Positions 9,815-22,571 of a DNA stretch of 64,000 bases are shown here, piece after piece. The stretch comes from Bacteroidia bacterium (GTDB lineage: Bacteria > Bacteroidota > Bacteroidia > 2-12-FULL-35-15), in the NCBI GenBank assembly GCA_016786925.1, contig JAEUTU010000026.1:18044-82043 (forward strand), in the 5' to 3' direction. The stretch's first letter is position 1. Every line of letters begins with the position of its first letter. A program made the position numbers and the translations under genes. Under the pieces are notes generated by a model. The model saw only the letters and a list, made by a program, of their open reading frames with translations. It made no database searches and was not told the origin of the DNA.

Positions 9815-10879
9815 ATGAATTTTAAGAAAAGCATACTTGTTTATTTTTCCTTGATCATGATCATGCCTGCTACCGCACAGGTAGGAGGAAACAATACATT
9901 CGAGTTTCTTAATTTGCCGATCTCTGCCCGTTTAACGGCTTTAGGAGGAAATAACATCTCCACACGTGATAACGATCTGAATGTTGCCATTGCTAATCCT
10001 TCCTTGCTGACCGATTCAATGGATAATAACGTATCCTTAAGTTATATCAACTACTTTGCGGATGTAAATTATGGCTATGCGGCTTACGCCAAAAAATTCA
10101 AAAAACTGGGCATGTTCAGTGCCGGTATTCAATATCTGGATTATGGTAAATTCACCCGTGCCGATGATATCGGAAATACCGATGGAACATTTGGAGCAAA
10201 TGAAATGTGTTTTAGCTTATCCTATGCGCGTTCTGTTTTAGATACCAACTTGACAATCGGTGCATCCATCAAAACGATCTACTCTCAATTAGAATCCTAT
10301 ACTTCCTGGGGCTCTGCTCTGGATATTGGTGCCACCTATGTGCGACCAAAACATGGATTTGCTGCAGCAGTCGTTATCAAAAATATTGGTCGCCAATGGA
10401 AAACATACTCCGGCTCAAAGGAAGCATTGCCGTTCGAAGTACAGATCGGTTTTTCTAAAAAGCCGAAACATGTTCCTTTCCGTTTTTCTGTAGTATATGA
10501 GAATCTTGAAAAATGGGATCTTACCTATGTTGATCCATCGGTGTCAACTGTCGATCCTTTAACAGGAGAAGCGATCACTCCGAATAAATACAAAGTGTTT
10601 GGCGATAAATTGATGCGTCACATTGTAATAGGTGGTGAGTTTATTATCACGAAGAACTTCTTCTTACGTGCAGGTTATAATTATCAACGCAGAAAAGAAT
10701 TAAAGATCCCTGAAAAAAGAGGCATGACCGGTTTTTCATTTGGTTTCGGATTCCGCATTTATAAGTTTCACTTTAGCTACGGAAGAGCCGTTTACCATTT
10801 AGCTGGTGCTACCAATAATTTTTCATTAAGCTTCGATATCAATAGCTTTTACAAAAAAACTACAAAAGCTGGTTTGTAG
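9815..10879 (+). CDS. Outer-membrane beta-barrel protein, PorQ-like (type IX secretion associated)
   Basis: Signal peptide, then NTFEFLNLPISARLTALGG, as I recall for the PorQ/PorV FadL-like family. About 350 aa, beta-rich with aromatic residues. ATG at 9815 preferred over the GTG at 9809. Confidence 0.5.
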   Translation: MNFKKSILVYFSLIMIMPATAQVGGNNTFEFLNLPISARLTALGGNNISTRDNDLNVAIANPSLLTDSMDNNVSLSYINYFADVNYGYAAYAKKFKKLGMFSAGIQYLDYGKFTRADDIGNTDGTFGANEMCFSLSYARSVLDTNLTIGASIKTIYSQLESYTSWGSALDIGATYVRPKHGFAAAVVIKNIGRQWKTYSGSKEALPFEVQIGFSKKPKHVPFRFSVVYENLEKWDLTYVDPSVSTVDPLTGEAITPNKYKVFGDKLMRHIVIGGEFIITKNFFLRAGYNYQRRKELKIPEKRGMTGFSFGFGFRIYKFHFSYGRAVYHLAGATNNFSLSFDINSFYKKTTKAGL

Positions 10880-10927
10880 CAAATAACATTGGCTGAGTAG
10901 TTTTTATATATTAATATATAAATACTT

Positions 10928-12205
10928 ATGCAAGCCAATATCAATAAAACAAATCTAAAACGTATAGTTATCATTGGAGGTGGTTTCGGTGGACTGAAAC
11001 TTGCCCGCGAATTATCATCTTCCAATTTTCAAGTCGTACTCATCGACAAGAACAATTACCATCAGTTTCAACCTTTGTTCTATCAGGTTGCTACTGCCGG
11101 ACTCGAGCCAAGTGCTATCTCTTTCCCTTTTCGAAAAGTATTTCAAAATGCTTCGAATGTGCATGTGCGTGTGGCTGAAGTCAGCCGTATCGATGCTGCT
11201 GCTAACCGCATTCAAACCAGCATTGGTGAGATCGAATACGATTACCTGATACTTGCTATTGGAGCGGATACGAATTTCTTTGGTAACCAGAATATGATGA
11301 AGTATGCCATGCCGATGAAATCGGTAAGTGAAGCTTTGAGCATTCGAAATACCATTTTAGAGAATTATGAAAAAGCATTAGTTACAACTGATGAGCAGGA
11401 GAAACAAGCCTTGATGAACATTGTTATTGTGGGTGGCGGACCAACAGGAGTGGAAGTAGCGGGTACCTTGGCTGAAATGAAAAAAACAGTGTTACCGAAA
11501 GATTATCCGGAGCTCGACTTTAGTTTGATGCAAGTGCACTTGCTGGAAGGTTCCGGCAGAGTATTGGCAAGCATGTCGGAGATCGCATCGGAAAAAGCAA
11601 AACAATATTTGATCGATTTGGGAGTAGATGTTTCACTGAATGCACGTGTAACCGATTATGATGGAAACACCGTAACACTTACCGATAGTCCTGCCATACA
11701 CACCCGCACATTGGTTTGGGCTGCAGGAGTTACCGGAAATAAAATTGAAGGGCTAACTCCCGAAGTGATCAGCAGAGGAAACAGAATACTTGTTGATAAA
11801 ACCAATAAAGTAAACGGTTATTCCAACATCTTTGCAATTGGTGATATTGCATTTATGAAAGATGAAGCTTATCCGAATGGTCATCCTCAGGTAGCGCAGG
11901 TTGCGATCCAGCAAGGGGAATTGCTGGCCAAGAATTTAAAAGCGTTAAGTGTAGGAAAAACGATGAAGGAGTTCAAATACAAAGACCTGGGCTCTATGGC
12001 AACTGTGGGACGAAACAAGGCAGTGGTGGATCTTCCGAAGATCAAGTTTCAAGGCTTCTTTGCATGGATGGTATGGATGTTCATTCACTTAATGTCGATC
12101 GTTGGAATAAAAAATCGTTTGCTCATTTTCATTAATTGGGCATGGAATTATATCACTTACGATCAATCACTTCGGTTGATCATTAAATCTAAAACAAAAC
12201 AATGA
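10928..12205 (+). CDS. ndh: Type II NADH:quinone oxidoreductase (NDH-2)
   Basis: Two Rossmann motifs (IVIIGGGFGGL and IVIVGGGPTGVEVAG). C-terminal membrane-anchoring amphipathic region. 425 aa. Confidence 0.85.
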   Translation: MQANINKTNLKRIVIIGGGFGGLKLARELSSSNFQVVLIDKNNYHQFQPLFYQVATAGLEPSAISFPFRKVFQNASNVHVRVAEVSRIDAAANRIQTSIGEIEYDYLILAIGADTNFFGNQNMMKYAMPMKSVSEALSIRNTILENYEKALVTTDEQEKQALMNIVIVGGGPTGVEVAGTLAEMKKTVLPKDYPELDFSLMQVHLLEGSGRVLASMSEIASEKAKQYLIDLGVDVSLNARVTDYDGNTVTLTDSPAIHTRTLVWAAGVTGNKIEGLTPEVISRGNRILVDKTNKVNGYSNIFAIGDIAFMKDEAYPNGHPQVAQVAIQQGELLAKNLKALSVGKTMKEFKYKDLGSMATVGRNKAVVDLPKIKFQGFFAWMVWMFIHLMSIVGIKNRLLIFINWAWNYITYDQSLRLIIKSKTKQ

Positions 12206-12738
12206 TAGAACAACATTTTTTGGACAACACTATTGGTGTATTTAAGAATTACAGAGCTTTGGCAGAGAAGTCTTTTGCGCAGCTGAATACAGATAAAGAA
12301 TTTCATTATGTTCCCGATGGGGAGTCGAACAGTGTGGCAGTGATCATCAAACACATGAGTGGGAATATGATCTCACGCTGGACCGATTTTTTGACCACCG
12401 ATGGAGAAAAGCCAAACCGTAACCGTGATGCAGAGTTTGTTTCCGCGAATGAAACAAAAGAAGACTTGATCAAGAGTTGGAATGCCGGCTGGTTGGTTTT
12501 TATGAATACATTGGAATCATTAAAGCCGGAGGATCTTATGAAAACGGTTACTATTCGTGGAGAAGGCTTGACGGTGATGCAGGCCTTGAACAGACAAACA
12601 GCTCATTATGCCTACCATGTAGGACAGATCGTGTTTTTAGCGAAGCACATCCGTTCCATCAACTGGCAATCGCTTTCTATTCCAAAGAATCGATCGAATG
12701 AGCATTTAAAAGGTTCTTATTTGGATAATCTGAAATAA
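12202..12738 (+). CDS. DinB/DUF1572 family protein
   Basis: 178 aa with conserved His residues in a four-helix-bundle pattern (HMSGN...H..H). ATGA overlap with ndh indicates translational coupling. Confidence 0.5.
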   Translation: MIEQHFLDNTIGVFKNYRALAEKSFAQLNTDKEFHYVPDGESNSVAVIIKHMSGNMISRWTDFLTTDGEKPNRNRDAEFVSANETKEDLIKSWNAGWLVFMNTLESLKPEDLMKTVTIRGEGLTVMQALNRQTAHYAYHVGQIVFLAKHIRSINWQSLSIPKNRSNEHLKGSYLDNLK

Positions 12739-12764
12739 GAAAGAACATTCCCTATCTTTGTACT

Positions 12765-13379
12765 ATGATAACACTACTGATCATCGCGATTACCGTTTTT
12801 ATTTCGATCACCTCTATGGAGAATCATACATTGAAGAATAAACTCATGTTCAATGCTTATATGATCCATAATAGAAAAGAGTGGTGGCGTTTCTTTTCAA
12901 GTGGTTTGATCCATGCCGACTGGATGCACCTTGGTTTCAATATGTTCTCGTTTTATATGTTCGGTCGTCAGGTGGAAACAGCTTATGGATATATTTTTGG
13001 AACACAAGGTTTTCTCTTCTTTTTGCTTTTATATATTGGTGGATTGGTGATGTCTTCTTTGTATTCTTATGAAAAGAACAAGCAGAACATTTATTACAAT
13101 GCATTAGGAGCTTCGGGAGCGGTATCAGCTGTTGTATTTGCTTATATCATTATTGCTCCAACGGCAGGATTGTATTTCTTTTTCATTCCTGTTCCTATTC
13201 CGGCTTATTTATTCGGTTTGATCTTTTTAGGTGTTGAGTATTATTTAGGAAAAAGAGGAAATAGCAATATCGGTCATGATGCCCATTTTTGGGGAGCAGT
13301 GTACGGAGCCTTGCTCACGATCGTATTGAAACCCTCTTTATTTATGGATTTTATTGATCAGATCTTGGGGCGTGTTTAA
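12765..13379 (+). CDS. Rhomboid family intramembrane serine protease
   Basis: 6-TM protein. GASGAVSAVV catalytic Ser motif and a downstream His in a TM helix (HDAHFWGAVYG). Confidence 0.8.
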   Translation: MITLLIIAITVFISITSMENHTLKNKLMFNAYMIHNRKEWWRFFSSGLIHADWMHLGFNMFSFYMFGRQVETAYGYIFGTQGFLFFLLLYIGGLVMSSLYSYEKNKQNIYYNALGASGAVSAVVFAYIIIAPTAGLYFFFIPVPIPAYLFGLIFLGVEYYLGKRGNSNIGHDAHFWGAVYGALLTIVLKPSLFMDFIDQILGRV

Positions 13380-13385
13380 ACAAAA

Positions 13386-13880
13386 ATGGAAGCAATGAAC
13401 AAAGCAATATTTTTAGACAGAGACGGTGTTATTAATTTCGAACGTGGATACACGCATCGTTTGGAAGATTTCAAGATCCTGCCCGATCTGATGGACGTAT
13501 TGACCTTGTTTCAAAAGAATGGTTATCACCTGATCATTGTTTCGAATCAAAGTGGTATTGCTAAAGGTTTATACACACAAGCTGATGTAGAAGTATTACA
13601 TGCTTACTTGTTGGAAGAATTTAAGAAGAATAATATAAAGATATCTGAAGTGTATTACTGTGTGCATCACCCCGATGTGAGCAAATGTATCTGTCGTAAA
13701 CCGGATTCTCTGTTTGTTGAAAAAGGATTGGCACGATTTAATATCGATCCGAAGCGATCTTATTTTATTGGAGACAAAGAACGTGATACCGAAGCCGCTG
13801 AAAAAGCAGGTGTGAAAGGGATCTTGATAGAAGCGAATATTTCATTGAAAACGATTTTGAACCAAATTAAATTCGACTAA
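13386..13880 (+). CDS. gmhB: D,D-heptose 1,7-bisphosphate phosphatase / HAD-IIIA hydrolase
   Basis: IFLDRDGVIN HAD motif I. SNQSGIAKG motif II. GDKERD motif III. 164 aa. Confidence 0.8.
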   Translation: MEAMNKAIFLDRDGVINFERGYTHRLEDFKILPDLMDVLTLFQKNGYHLIIVSNQSGIAKGLYTQADVEVLHAYLLEEFKKNNIKISEVYYCVHHPDVSKCICRKPDSLFVEKGLARFNIDPKRSYFIGDKERDTEAAEKAGVKGILIEANISLKTILNQIKFD

Positions 13881-14729
13881 ATGCCGGGATTCATCAATCA
13901 TAATGGAAATTTTATGCCGGCCGATCAGCCGGTGTTGAACGTTAATAACCGCGGATTCCGTTATGGTGATGCCTTGTTTGAAACCATCCGTTATTCTTGC
14001 GGAAAGCCATTGTTCTTGAAAGAACATTTGCAACGTTTGCTGAATGGCATGCGAGTATTGAAAATGAAACAACATCCTTTGTTCTCTGTTACTTTTTTTG
14101 AGAATATAATTAAAGAGTTATCGGAGAAAAATAATATTGGATCGGATGGAAGAGTTAGATTAACCGTGTACAGAAATGATGGCGGTTTTTATGCACCATC
14201 TGATGATAATGTATCCTATCTGATGGAAATGTATCCTGTTCAGGAAAAGGGATATGTGTTGAATTCTACCGGATTAACGGTTGATCTATTCACCGAGTTC
14301 AGAAAAACACCCAATTCATTGGCTTCCATAAAATCGGCCAACAGTGCTATTTATGTGTTAGCAGGTGTTTATAAAAATCAGCAGCAATTGGATGAATGTA
14401 TCTTGAGTAATGATAAATCTCATATTATTGAAGCCATAAGTTCCAATATCTTTGCAGTGAAAAATGGAGTGTTGTACACACCTCCGGTGACCGATGGTTG
14501 TGTAGATGGTGTGATGCGCAAAAAGATCATTGAAGTAGCACAGCAGAACAGAGTAGCGGTGTATGAGATCTCGATCATGCAGAATGTGTTACTGGGTGCT
14601 GATGAGTTGTTTTTAACCAATACGATCAAAGGTATTCAGTGGGTGGCGGCATTCAAGCAAAAACGGTATACCAATAATACTTCTGAAAAGCTGATCGCTA
14701 AATTGAATGAATTGGTTGTTAGTTGCTAG
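13881..14729 (+). CDS. pabC: Aminodeoxychorismate lyase / class IV aminotransferase
   Basis: PLP fold-type IV signatures (RGFRYGDALFETIR; ...ELFLTNT.KGI). 282 aa. Start abuts the gmhB stop. Confidence 0.7.
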   Translation: MPGFINHNGNFMPADQPVLNVNNRGFRYGDALFETIRYSCGKPLFLKEHLQRLLNGMRVLKMKQHPLFSVTFFENIIKELSEKNNIGSDGRVRLTVYRNDGGFYAPSDDNVSYLMEMYPVQEKGYVLNSTGLTVDLFTEFRKTPNSLASIKSANSAIYVLAGVYKNQQQLDECILSNDKSHIIEAISSNIFAVKNGVLYTPPVTDGCVDGVMRKKIIEVAQQNRVAVYEISIMQNVLLGADELFLTNTIKGIQWVAAFKQKRYTNNTSEKLIAKLNELVVSC

Positions 14730-14773
14730 AATGATGCCTATTCGCATAGGTAGTTTTAAAATAAATTAAATTT

Positions 14774-15424
14774 ATGGAAGATCTTAGATTATATATCAAT
14801 ACCCTTCGTCACGATTTTTCTAAACAAACATTGGACGAATCGCAAGTAGATAAAAGTCCTTTTTTGCAATTCGAAAAATGGTTTAAAGAAGCAGTAGATG
14901 CACACGTGAATGAGCCGAATGCGATGACAGTAGCAACAGCTTCTAAGAGTGGAAAACCTGCTGCACGTATCTTGTTGTTGCGTAACTTCAATGAGAATGG
15001 TTTTGTATTCTACACCAATTATACCAGCAGAAAAGGGGAGGAGATCGATGAGAATCCGAATTGTGCCTTATTGTTTTTCTGGCCTGAATTAGAACGTCAG
15101 GTGAGGATAGAAGGAAAGTTGATCAAGCAATCATCAGCAGAATCTGATCTGTATTTTAATACCCGTCCACGTACCAGTAAGCTGGGAGCATGGACATCTC
15201 CTCAAAGTAAAGTAGTGAAGAATCGTGAAGAGTTGGATGAGTTGTATGAACAAATGTCACAACGTTTTCCTTCAGAAGATGTTCCCCGTCCACCACATTG
15301 GGGCGGCTATGTTTTACAGCCTGATAGCATTGAATTTTGGCAAGGTCGTCCAAGTCGTATGCACGACAGAATCCTTTACACACTTCTAAAAGGTAATTGG
15401 AAAATAGAACGTTTGGCTCCCTGA
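14774..15424 (+). CDS. pdxH: Pyridoxamine 5'-phosphate oxidase
   Basis: Typical PdxH length of 216 aa. FMN-binding stretch LLLRNFNENGFVFYTNYTSRKG. C-terminal IEFWQGRPSRMHDR motif. Confidence 0.85.
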   Translation: MEDLRLYINTLRHDFSKQTLDESQVDKSPFLQFEKWFKEAVDAHVNEPNAMTVATASKSGKPAARILLLRNFNENGFVFYTNYTSRKGEEIDENPNCALLFFWPELERQVRIEGKLIKQSSAESDLYFNTRPRTSKLGAWTSPQSKVVKNREELDELYEQMSQRFPSEDVPRPPHWGGYVLQPDSIEFWQGRPSRMHDRILYTLLKGNWKIERLAP

Positions 15425-15435
15425 GTTAGTTGTTG

Positions 15436-15534
15436 AATTATAGAGTTGTTGATTTGTTGAGTTTTGTAAATTCTACAATTCTACAATTCTCCAACTCTCC
15501 AACTCTCCAACTCAACAATTCTCCAATCCCCCTT
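15436..15534. repeat. Simple-sequence/low-complexity tandem repeats (tctacaattc x2, tccaactc x3)
   Basis: Visible short tandem units in the intergenic region downstream of the M42 peptidase gene. Confidence 0.7.
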
Positions 15535-16461
15535 CTACAAGTCTTTCATCAACACTTTGTAAAGGTCGATCATGCCTTGAATGTCTTTTTTATGCACCTT
15601 TTCATCTGGCGTATGAACATTCTGTTCTGCCGCACCTACAAAGCACCAATCCCAGGCAAATTCACCCATTTGTAATTCTTTTCCATCACTTCCTCCGCTA
15701 CCTTCTACTTCTAACTGATGGGCTACTTTATGTTTTTTTGCAATGGCTCTGATCTTGTTCACATAACTTCTGCGTGGGATTAAACTATCACGTAAGGAAA
15801 TAACCGGACCTAAACCGGGATGAACACCATCGGAGATCCAGGATATATCGGAGATAAGTGCTTGACGAACTTTGTATTTTTCTTGTAAGAATTTTTGAAT
15901 GTAAGAAACGCTTCCACCGCCATGTTCTTCCCAACAACTAAAAACGATCACCCCATCTTTTAATGTCTCCGCTACTTGTAAAGCATTGTAAACACCCAAG
16001 CGGTTGTCCATGTAACAGCATTGAACATACTCTTTATCTTCTCTCCAGTTAGGTTTGAATGTTAATTCTGTTCCTCTTTCAAAATCGCGTTTTCCGGTAT
16101 ATTCCAGTTTTGTTTCTTTAGTCTTTTTATCAACTGCTAATTTTAGTTTTACTTCCGCTTTTCCTTTTTCATCTTCACCTACTAATTCAAAACCATCGAT
16201 GGTTCTTGGTCCGCCAATTTTCACTAATTGTTTTCCGTAGCGGACAGTAAATCCAATACTATCAATGTGTGCAAAAATAGCAGTGCGTGGTTTCCCAAAT
16301 ACCAATACGATACAATCCTGAAAGCCATCACCTGAGTAAATTTTCGGTTTTACTTTCCATGACTTTTTGTTTTTATCAATATAATTCAATAAGAATTTGG
16401 TCATTGCCACTTCGTTTCCTGATGGAGCATGAATGGCACACATTTCTTTTAATAGTTTCAT
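15535..16461 (-). CDS. M42 family aminopeptidase (FrvX/YsdC-like)
   Basis: N-terminal LLKEMCAIHAPSGNEV signature. About 308 aa. Conserved metal-binding His/Asp/Glu pattern. Confidence 0.7.
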   Translation of the reverse strand: MKLLKEMCAIHAPSGNEVAMTKFLLNYIDKNKKSWKVKPKIYSGDGFQDCIVLVFGKPRTAIFAHIDSIGFTVRYGKQLVKIGGPRTIDGFELVGEDEKGKAEVKLKLAVDKKTKETKLEYTGKRDFERGTELTFKPNWREDKEYVQCCYMDNRLGVYNALQVAETLKDGVIVFSCWEEHGGGSVSYIQKFLQEKYKVRQALISDISWISDGVHPGLGPVISLRDSLIPRRSYVNKIRAIAKKHKVAHQLEVEGSGGSDGKELQMGEFAWDWCFVGAAEQNVHTPDEKVHKKDIQGMIDLYKVLMKDL

Positions 16462-16465
16462 GTTT

Positions 16466-16583
16466 ATTATTGTTTAGTCTTTCGTTGTTAGTTGGTTGTT
16501 TCTCTTAGCAACCTTACTTTTTATTCCCTAGTACTCCAATCCTAATTCCTCAATCCCAAATCCCAAATCCTCAATCCCAATTC
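16466..16583. repeat. Simple-sequence repeats (aatccc/aattcc units) upstream of the M42 peptidase gene
   Basis: ctccaatcctaattcctcaatcccaaatcccaaatcctcaatcccaattcctaaatc, related in composition to the repeat on the other side of the gene. Confidence 0.7.
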
Positions 16584-17198
16584 CTAAATCTCTTTCAAGA
16601 ATTTAATCTCAAGATTACTGATTTTGCTGAACATATCATACACTTTTGTTGAATTACTTTTGCGTACTGAGAATGTTAATACACAGCTTAGTTCAAAATT
16701 CTGAGAGAGGATATGAAGTCCTTCATCTTTGATGATCTTCATAACATCATTCATTTGTAAATAGTCAAATGATACTTCATACACTTCATCTACTGTTTTT
16801 TCAATGATCTTCGCATTCGCAATAGCATCAGCAGCAGCCAATTTGTAGGCATTGATCAGTCCACTCACACCTAATAATGTACCACCGAAATAGCGGACAA
16901 CAACGATCAAGATATTGGTGAGATCTTTTGATTGGATCTGTCCAAGGATCGGTTTTCCTGCTGTGTTTGATGGTTCGCCATCATCATTGGCACGGAATGC
17001 TTGTTTGCTTGCTCCCAAACGAAAAGCATAACAATGATGTCTTGCGCTGGGATGTAGTTTTCGGAGTTCTGCCAAATGTGTCTTTACAGCCTCTTCATTG
17101 GCAACAGGAAAGGCATAAGCCAAAAACTTACTGCCTTTGTCTTTAAACAATCCTTCGGATGCTTTCTCGATCGTTAAATAGGTATCCTCAAAAAGCAT
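16584..17198 (-). CDS. yigZ: IMPACT/YigZ family protein
   Basis: UPF0029 signature VVVRYFGGTLLGVSGLINAY. 204 aa. Confidence 0.75.
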   Translation of the reverse strand: MLFEDTYLTIEKASEGLFKDKGSKFLAYAFPVANEEAVKTHLAELRKLHPSARHHCYAFRLGASKQAFRANDDGEPSNTAGKPILGQIQSKDLTNILIVVVRYFGGTLLGVSGLINAYKLAAADAIANAKIIEKTVDEVYEVSFDYLQMNDVMKIIKDEGLHILSQNFELSCVLTFSVRKSNSTKVYDMFSKISNLEIKFLKEI

Positions 17199-17199
17199 A

Positions 17200-18252
17200 T
17201 TAGCTGTTACGATAGCGGAGTAAAATGTTTGTGTCTATTGACTCTTTTGACTCAGGTTTTAAAAGCATTTCAGGTGCATTGATGCCACTGTGAATGTGTT
17301 CTTGCGAAATGAATACCCGTGCTTCATTCCAGCAGTTATCACTGATAAAACTGTTCAATACATTGTAGCCACCTTCAACAATCAGCGATTGAATATTGCG
17401 TTTGTATAATTCCTGCATGATCTGCGGGATCATCTTTTCATCAAAATTGATCTTTACAAAATCCAGGTTCGTTTCTGAAGGCATTTCTATATCGGTAAAA
17501 ACAATGGTTGGAACCGTTTTATCTAATAGGAAATAGTCTTTCGGTATGGATAATTTTTTGTCGGTCACAATGCGGACCGGATTTTTCCCTTCTACTTTTC
17601 TAACGGTTAATTGAGGGTTATCCAACAAGGCGGTATTTTTTCCCACCATGATCGCTTGTTCCTGACTTCTCCAGGTATGCACCAGTTTTTGTGCAGCTTC
17701 ATTGCTGATCTGAAGTGGGGGAGTCGTGTTATCTGTTCGTGCTTTATCAATAAAGCCATCGGCTGTTTGAGCCCATTTTAAAATAATGTAGGGGCGTTTC
17801 TTTTCTTGAAAAGTAAAAAAGCGTTTGTTCAATTCTTTGCATTCATCTTCCAATACTCCCACTTTTACATCCACTCCTGCTTTGGTCAATTTTTCAATTC
17901 CTCTGCCACACACTTGTGCAAAGCTATCAATGGTGCCGATCACCACATAAGGTATTTTGTGTTCAATGATCAAGTCGGCACAAGGAGGTGTTTTTCCGAA
18001 ATGAGAACAAGGTTCTAAATTCACATACAAGGTTGCTTTTTTCAACAAACTTTTGTCTTTAACCGAATGAATGGCATTCACTTCAGCATGCGCTTGTCCG
18101 TATTGTTGGTGATACCCTTCGCCAATGATCTCGTTGTTGTAAACGATCACACTCCCAACCATAGGATTAGGGGCCACATTTCCAAAGCCTTTTGCTGCCA
18201 ATTCAAGGCAACGTTTCATGTATTTTTCTTGTTCAGTCATATAGTGCTGCAA
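17200..18252 (-). CDS. ribD: Bifunctional riboflavin biosynthesis deaminase/reductase RibD
   Basis: CMP/dCMP deaminase zinc motif HAEVNAI...CEPCSHFGKTPPC. C-terminal RibD reductase domain. 350 aa. Confidence 0.85.
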   Translation of the reverse strand: MQHYMTEQEKYMKRCLELAAKGFGNVAPNPMVGSVIVYNNEIIGEGYHQQYGQAHAEVNAIHSVKDKSLLKKATLYVNLEPCSHFGKTPPCADLIIEHKIPYVVIGTIDSFAQVCGRGIEKLTKAGVDVKVGVLEDECKELNKRFFTFQEKKRPYIILKWAQTADGFIDKARTDNTTPPLQISNEAAQKLVHTWRSQEQAIMVGKNTALLDNPQLTVRKVEGKNPVRIVTDKKLSIPKDYFLLDKTVPTIVFTDIEMPSETNLDFVKINFDEKMIPQIMQELYKRNIQSLIVEGGYNVLNSFISDNCWNEARVFISQEHIHSGINAPEMLLKPESKESIDTNILLRYRNS

Positions 18253-18278
18253 ATGTAACTATTCTTAACTTTGTGCCC

Positions 18279-19142
18279 ATGCAAATTGCTTCAAATAAAA
18301 TAAAGGATGTGATCCGCTTTTTTAAGCAGGAGTTGGAAGGGATCTATGAAGATTCTGAAATTGATGCCTTTGTAGCTATTTGTTTTGAAGAATTGCTGAA
18401 TTTAAAACATTCCGATCTTTTGTTGAATGCTGATAAAACAATGAGTGAGTCGGAACTCTTGAAATTTAATTTCGCTATTAAAGATCTCAAAAAGCAAAAG
18501 CCTTTGCAATACATTTTAGGTGTTGCCGATTTTTACGGTTTGAAGTTTAAGGTCAATGGATCGGTATTGATACCTCGTCCGGAAACAGAAGAGTTGGTTG
18601 ACTTGATCGTTAAAGAGCATAAAGGAAAAACAGTACGTATCCTTGATATCGGAACAGGTTCGGGTTGTATTCCTATCAGTCTGAAAAAGAATTTATCACA
18701 GTCCACAGTCGATGCGATTGATATTTCGGAAGAAACACTTCTGGTAGCGAAAGAAAATGCAAAAATGAATGATGTAGATGTGCATTTTAGTCGAGAAGAT
18801 ATTTTGCATCCTGATGCAGCATTTAAAAACTTACGCTACGATGTGATCGTGAGCAATCCCCCTTACATCAAAGAATCGGAAAAAGAGGCGATGCACAAGA
18901 ATGTGTTGGAACATGAACCGCACTTAGCATTATTTGTGTATGATACCGATGCGTTATTATTCTATAAAGTAATAGCAGATCATGCTTTAACAATGTTAAA
19001 TCCGGGTGGGCAGATCTACTTTGAGATCAATGCCGAACATGGCCTGGAAACCAAACAAATGCTTGAAAATAAAGGCTTTAAAAATGTAGTGTTGATAAAG
19101 GATATGAGTAATAAAAATCGTATCTTGCGAGGTAGTATTTAG
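18279..19142 (+). CDS. prmC: Release factor glutamine N5-methyltransferase
   Basis: VSNPPYI catalytic motif, DIGTGSGCI SAM motif I. ATG at 18279 chosen to avoid a long overlap with the divergent ribD. Confidence 0.8.
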   Translation: MQIASNKIKDVIRFFKQELEGIYEDSEIDAFVAICFEELLNLKHSDLLLNADKTMSESELLKFNFAIKDLKKQKPLQYILGVADFYGLKFKVNGSVLIPRPETEELVDLIVKEHKGKTVRILDIGTGSGCIPISLKKNLSQSTVDAIDISEETLLVAKENAKMNDVDVHFSREDILHPDAAFKNLRYDVIVSNPPYIKESEKEAMHKNVLEHEPHLALFVYDTDALLFYKVIADHALTMLNPGGQIYFEINAEHGLETKQMLENKGFKNVVLIKDMSNKNRILRGSI

Positions 19143-19154
19143 ACCTATATTTTA

Positions 19155-21985
<2,831 letters not shown>

Positions 21986-21989
21986 TAGA

Positions 21990-22559
21990 ATGAGCACTTT
22001 CAAAAATATAAAACTCGCCATTGCCAACCGTGCACTTAAGCAGGAGATGGCTATGTACAAGCGGGAATTAAAACCCAATAAATTTAGTTTTAATCAGACC
22101 CGAACGGTGGGTATTCTTTTCGATGCCTCCAATTCGGAAGATTTTGAATTGGTAAAAAGATATGTGGTGTATATGCGTGAGCATAATAAAAAAGTGAAAG
22201 TACTTGGCTTTTTTAGTGTGAAGAATATTCCTGAATTAACTTATTCCAAGCTGGAATATGATTTTTTCTCCTTAAAAGAATTGAATTGGTATGGCAAACC
22301 AACCACACATATCATTGATAATTTTATAAATGAAGATTTTGATCTCTTGATCGATCTGAATATCCATGATCATTTTGCCCTGAAATATATTTCTGCGCTT
22401 TCAAAAGCGAAGTTTAAAGTAGGAAAATACAAAGAGTCGGATGAAGCGATCTACGACATGATGATCGACTCAGATAATACACAAAAATTAAAGTATTTCT
22501 TAAGACAGGTGGATACTTACATTACGATGTTGAATAAACCTGAAGTGAATTTGAATTAA
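21990..22559 (+). CDS. Hypothetical protein
   Basis: 189 aa ORF in operon position after ligA. No recognisable motif. Confidence 0.4.
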   Translation: MSTFKNIKLAIANRALKQEMAMYKRELKPNKFSFNQTRTVGILFDASNSEDFELVKRYVVYMREHNKKVKVLGFFSVKNIPELTYSKLEYDFFSLKELNWYGKPTTHIIDNFINEDFDLLIDLNIHDHFALKYISALSKAKFKVGKYKESDEAIYDMMIDSDNTQKLKYFLRQVDTYITMLNKPEVNLN

Positions 22560-22571
22560 AAAGCGACAGCT

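Noticed and set aside
15430-16583. Possible CRISPR array because of short repeated units around the M42 peptidase gene
   Set aside because: Units are 6-10 bp, irregular and contiguous, with no unique spacers of 25-40 bp. There are no cas genes. This is simple-sequence DNA, not CRISPR.
18192-18278. Longer prmC start overlapping divergent ribD
   Set aside because: It would overlap the ribD N-terminus by 60 nt on the opposite strand. Conserved PrmC sequence begins at MQIASNKIKD (ATG 18279).
18253-18278. FMN riboswitch expected upstream of ribD
   Set aside because: Only about 26 nt of intergenic space, with no room for the roughly 140 nt aptamer. ribD here is probably not riboswitch-controlled, or the switch sits on another rib gene.
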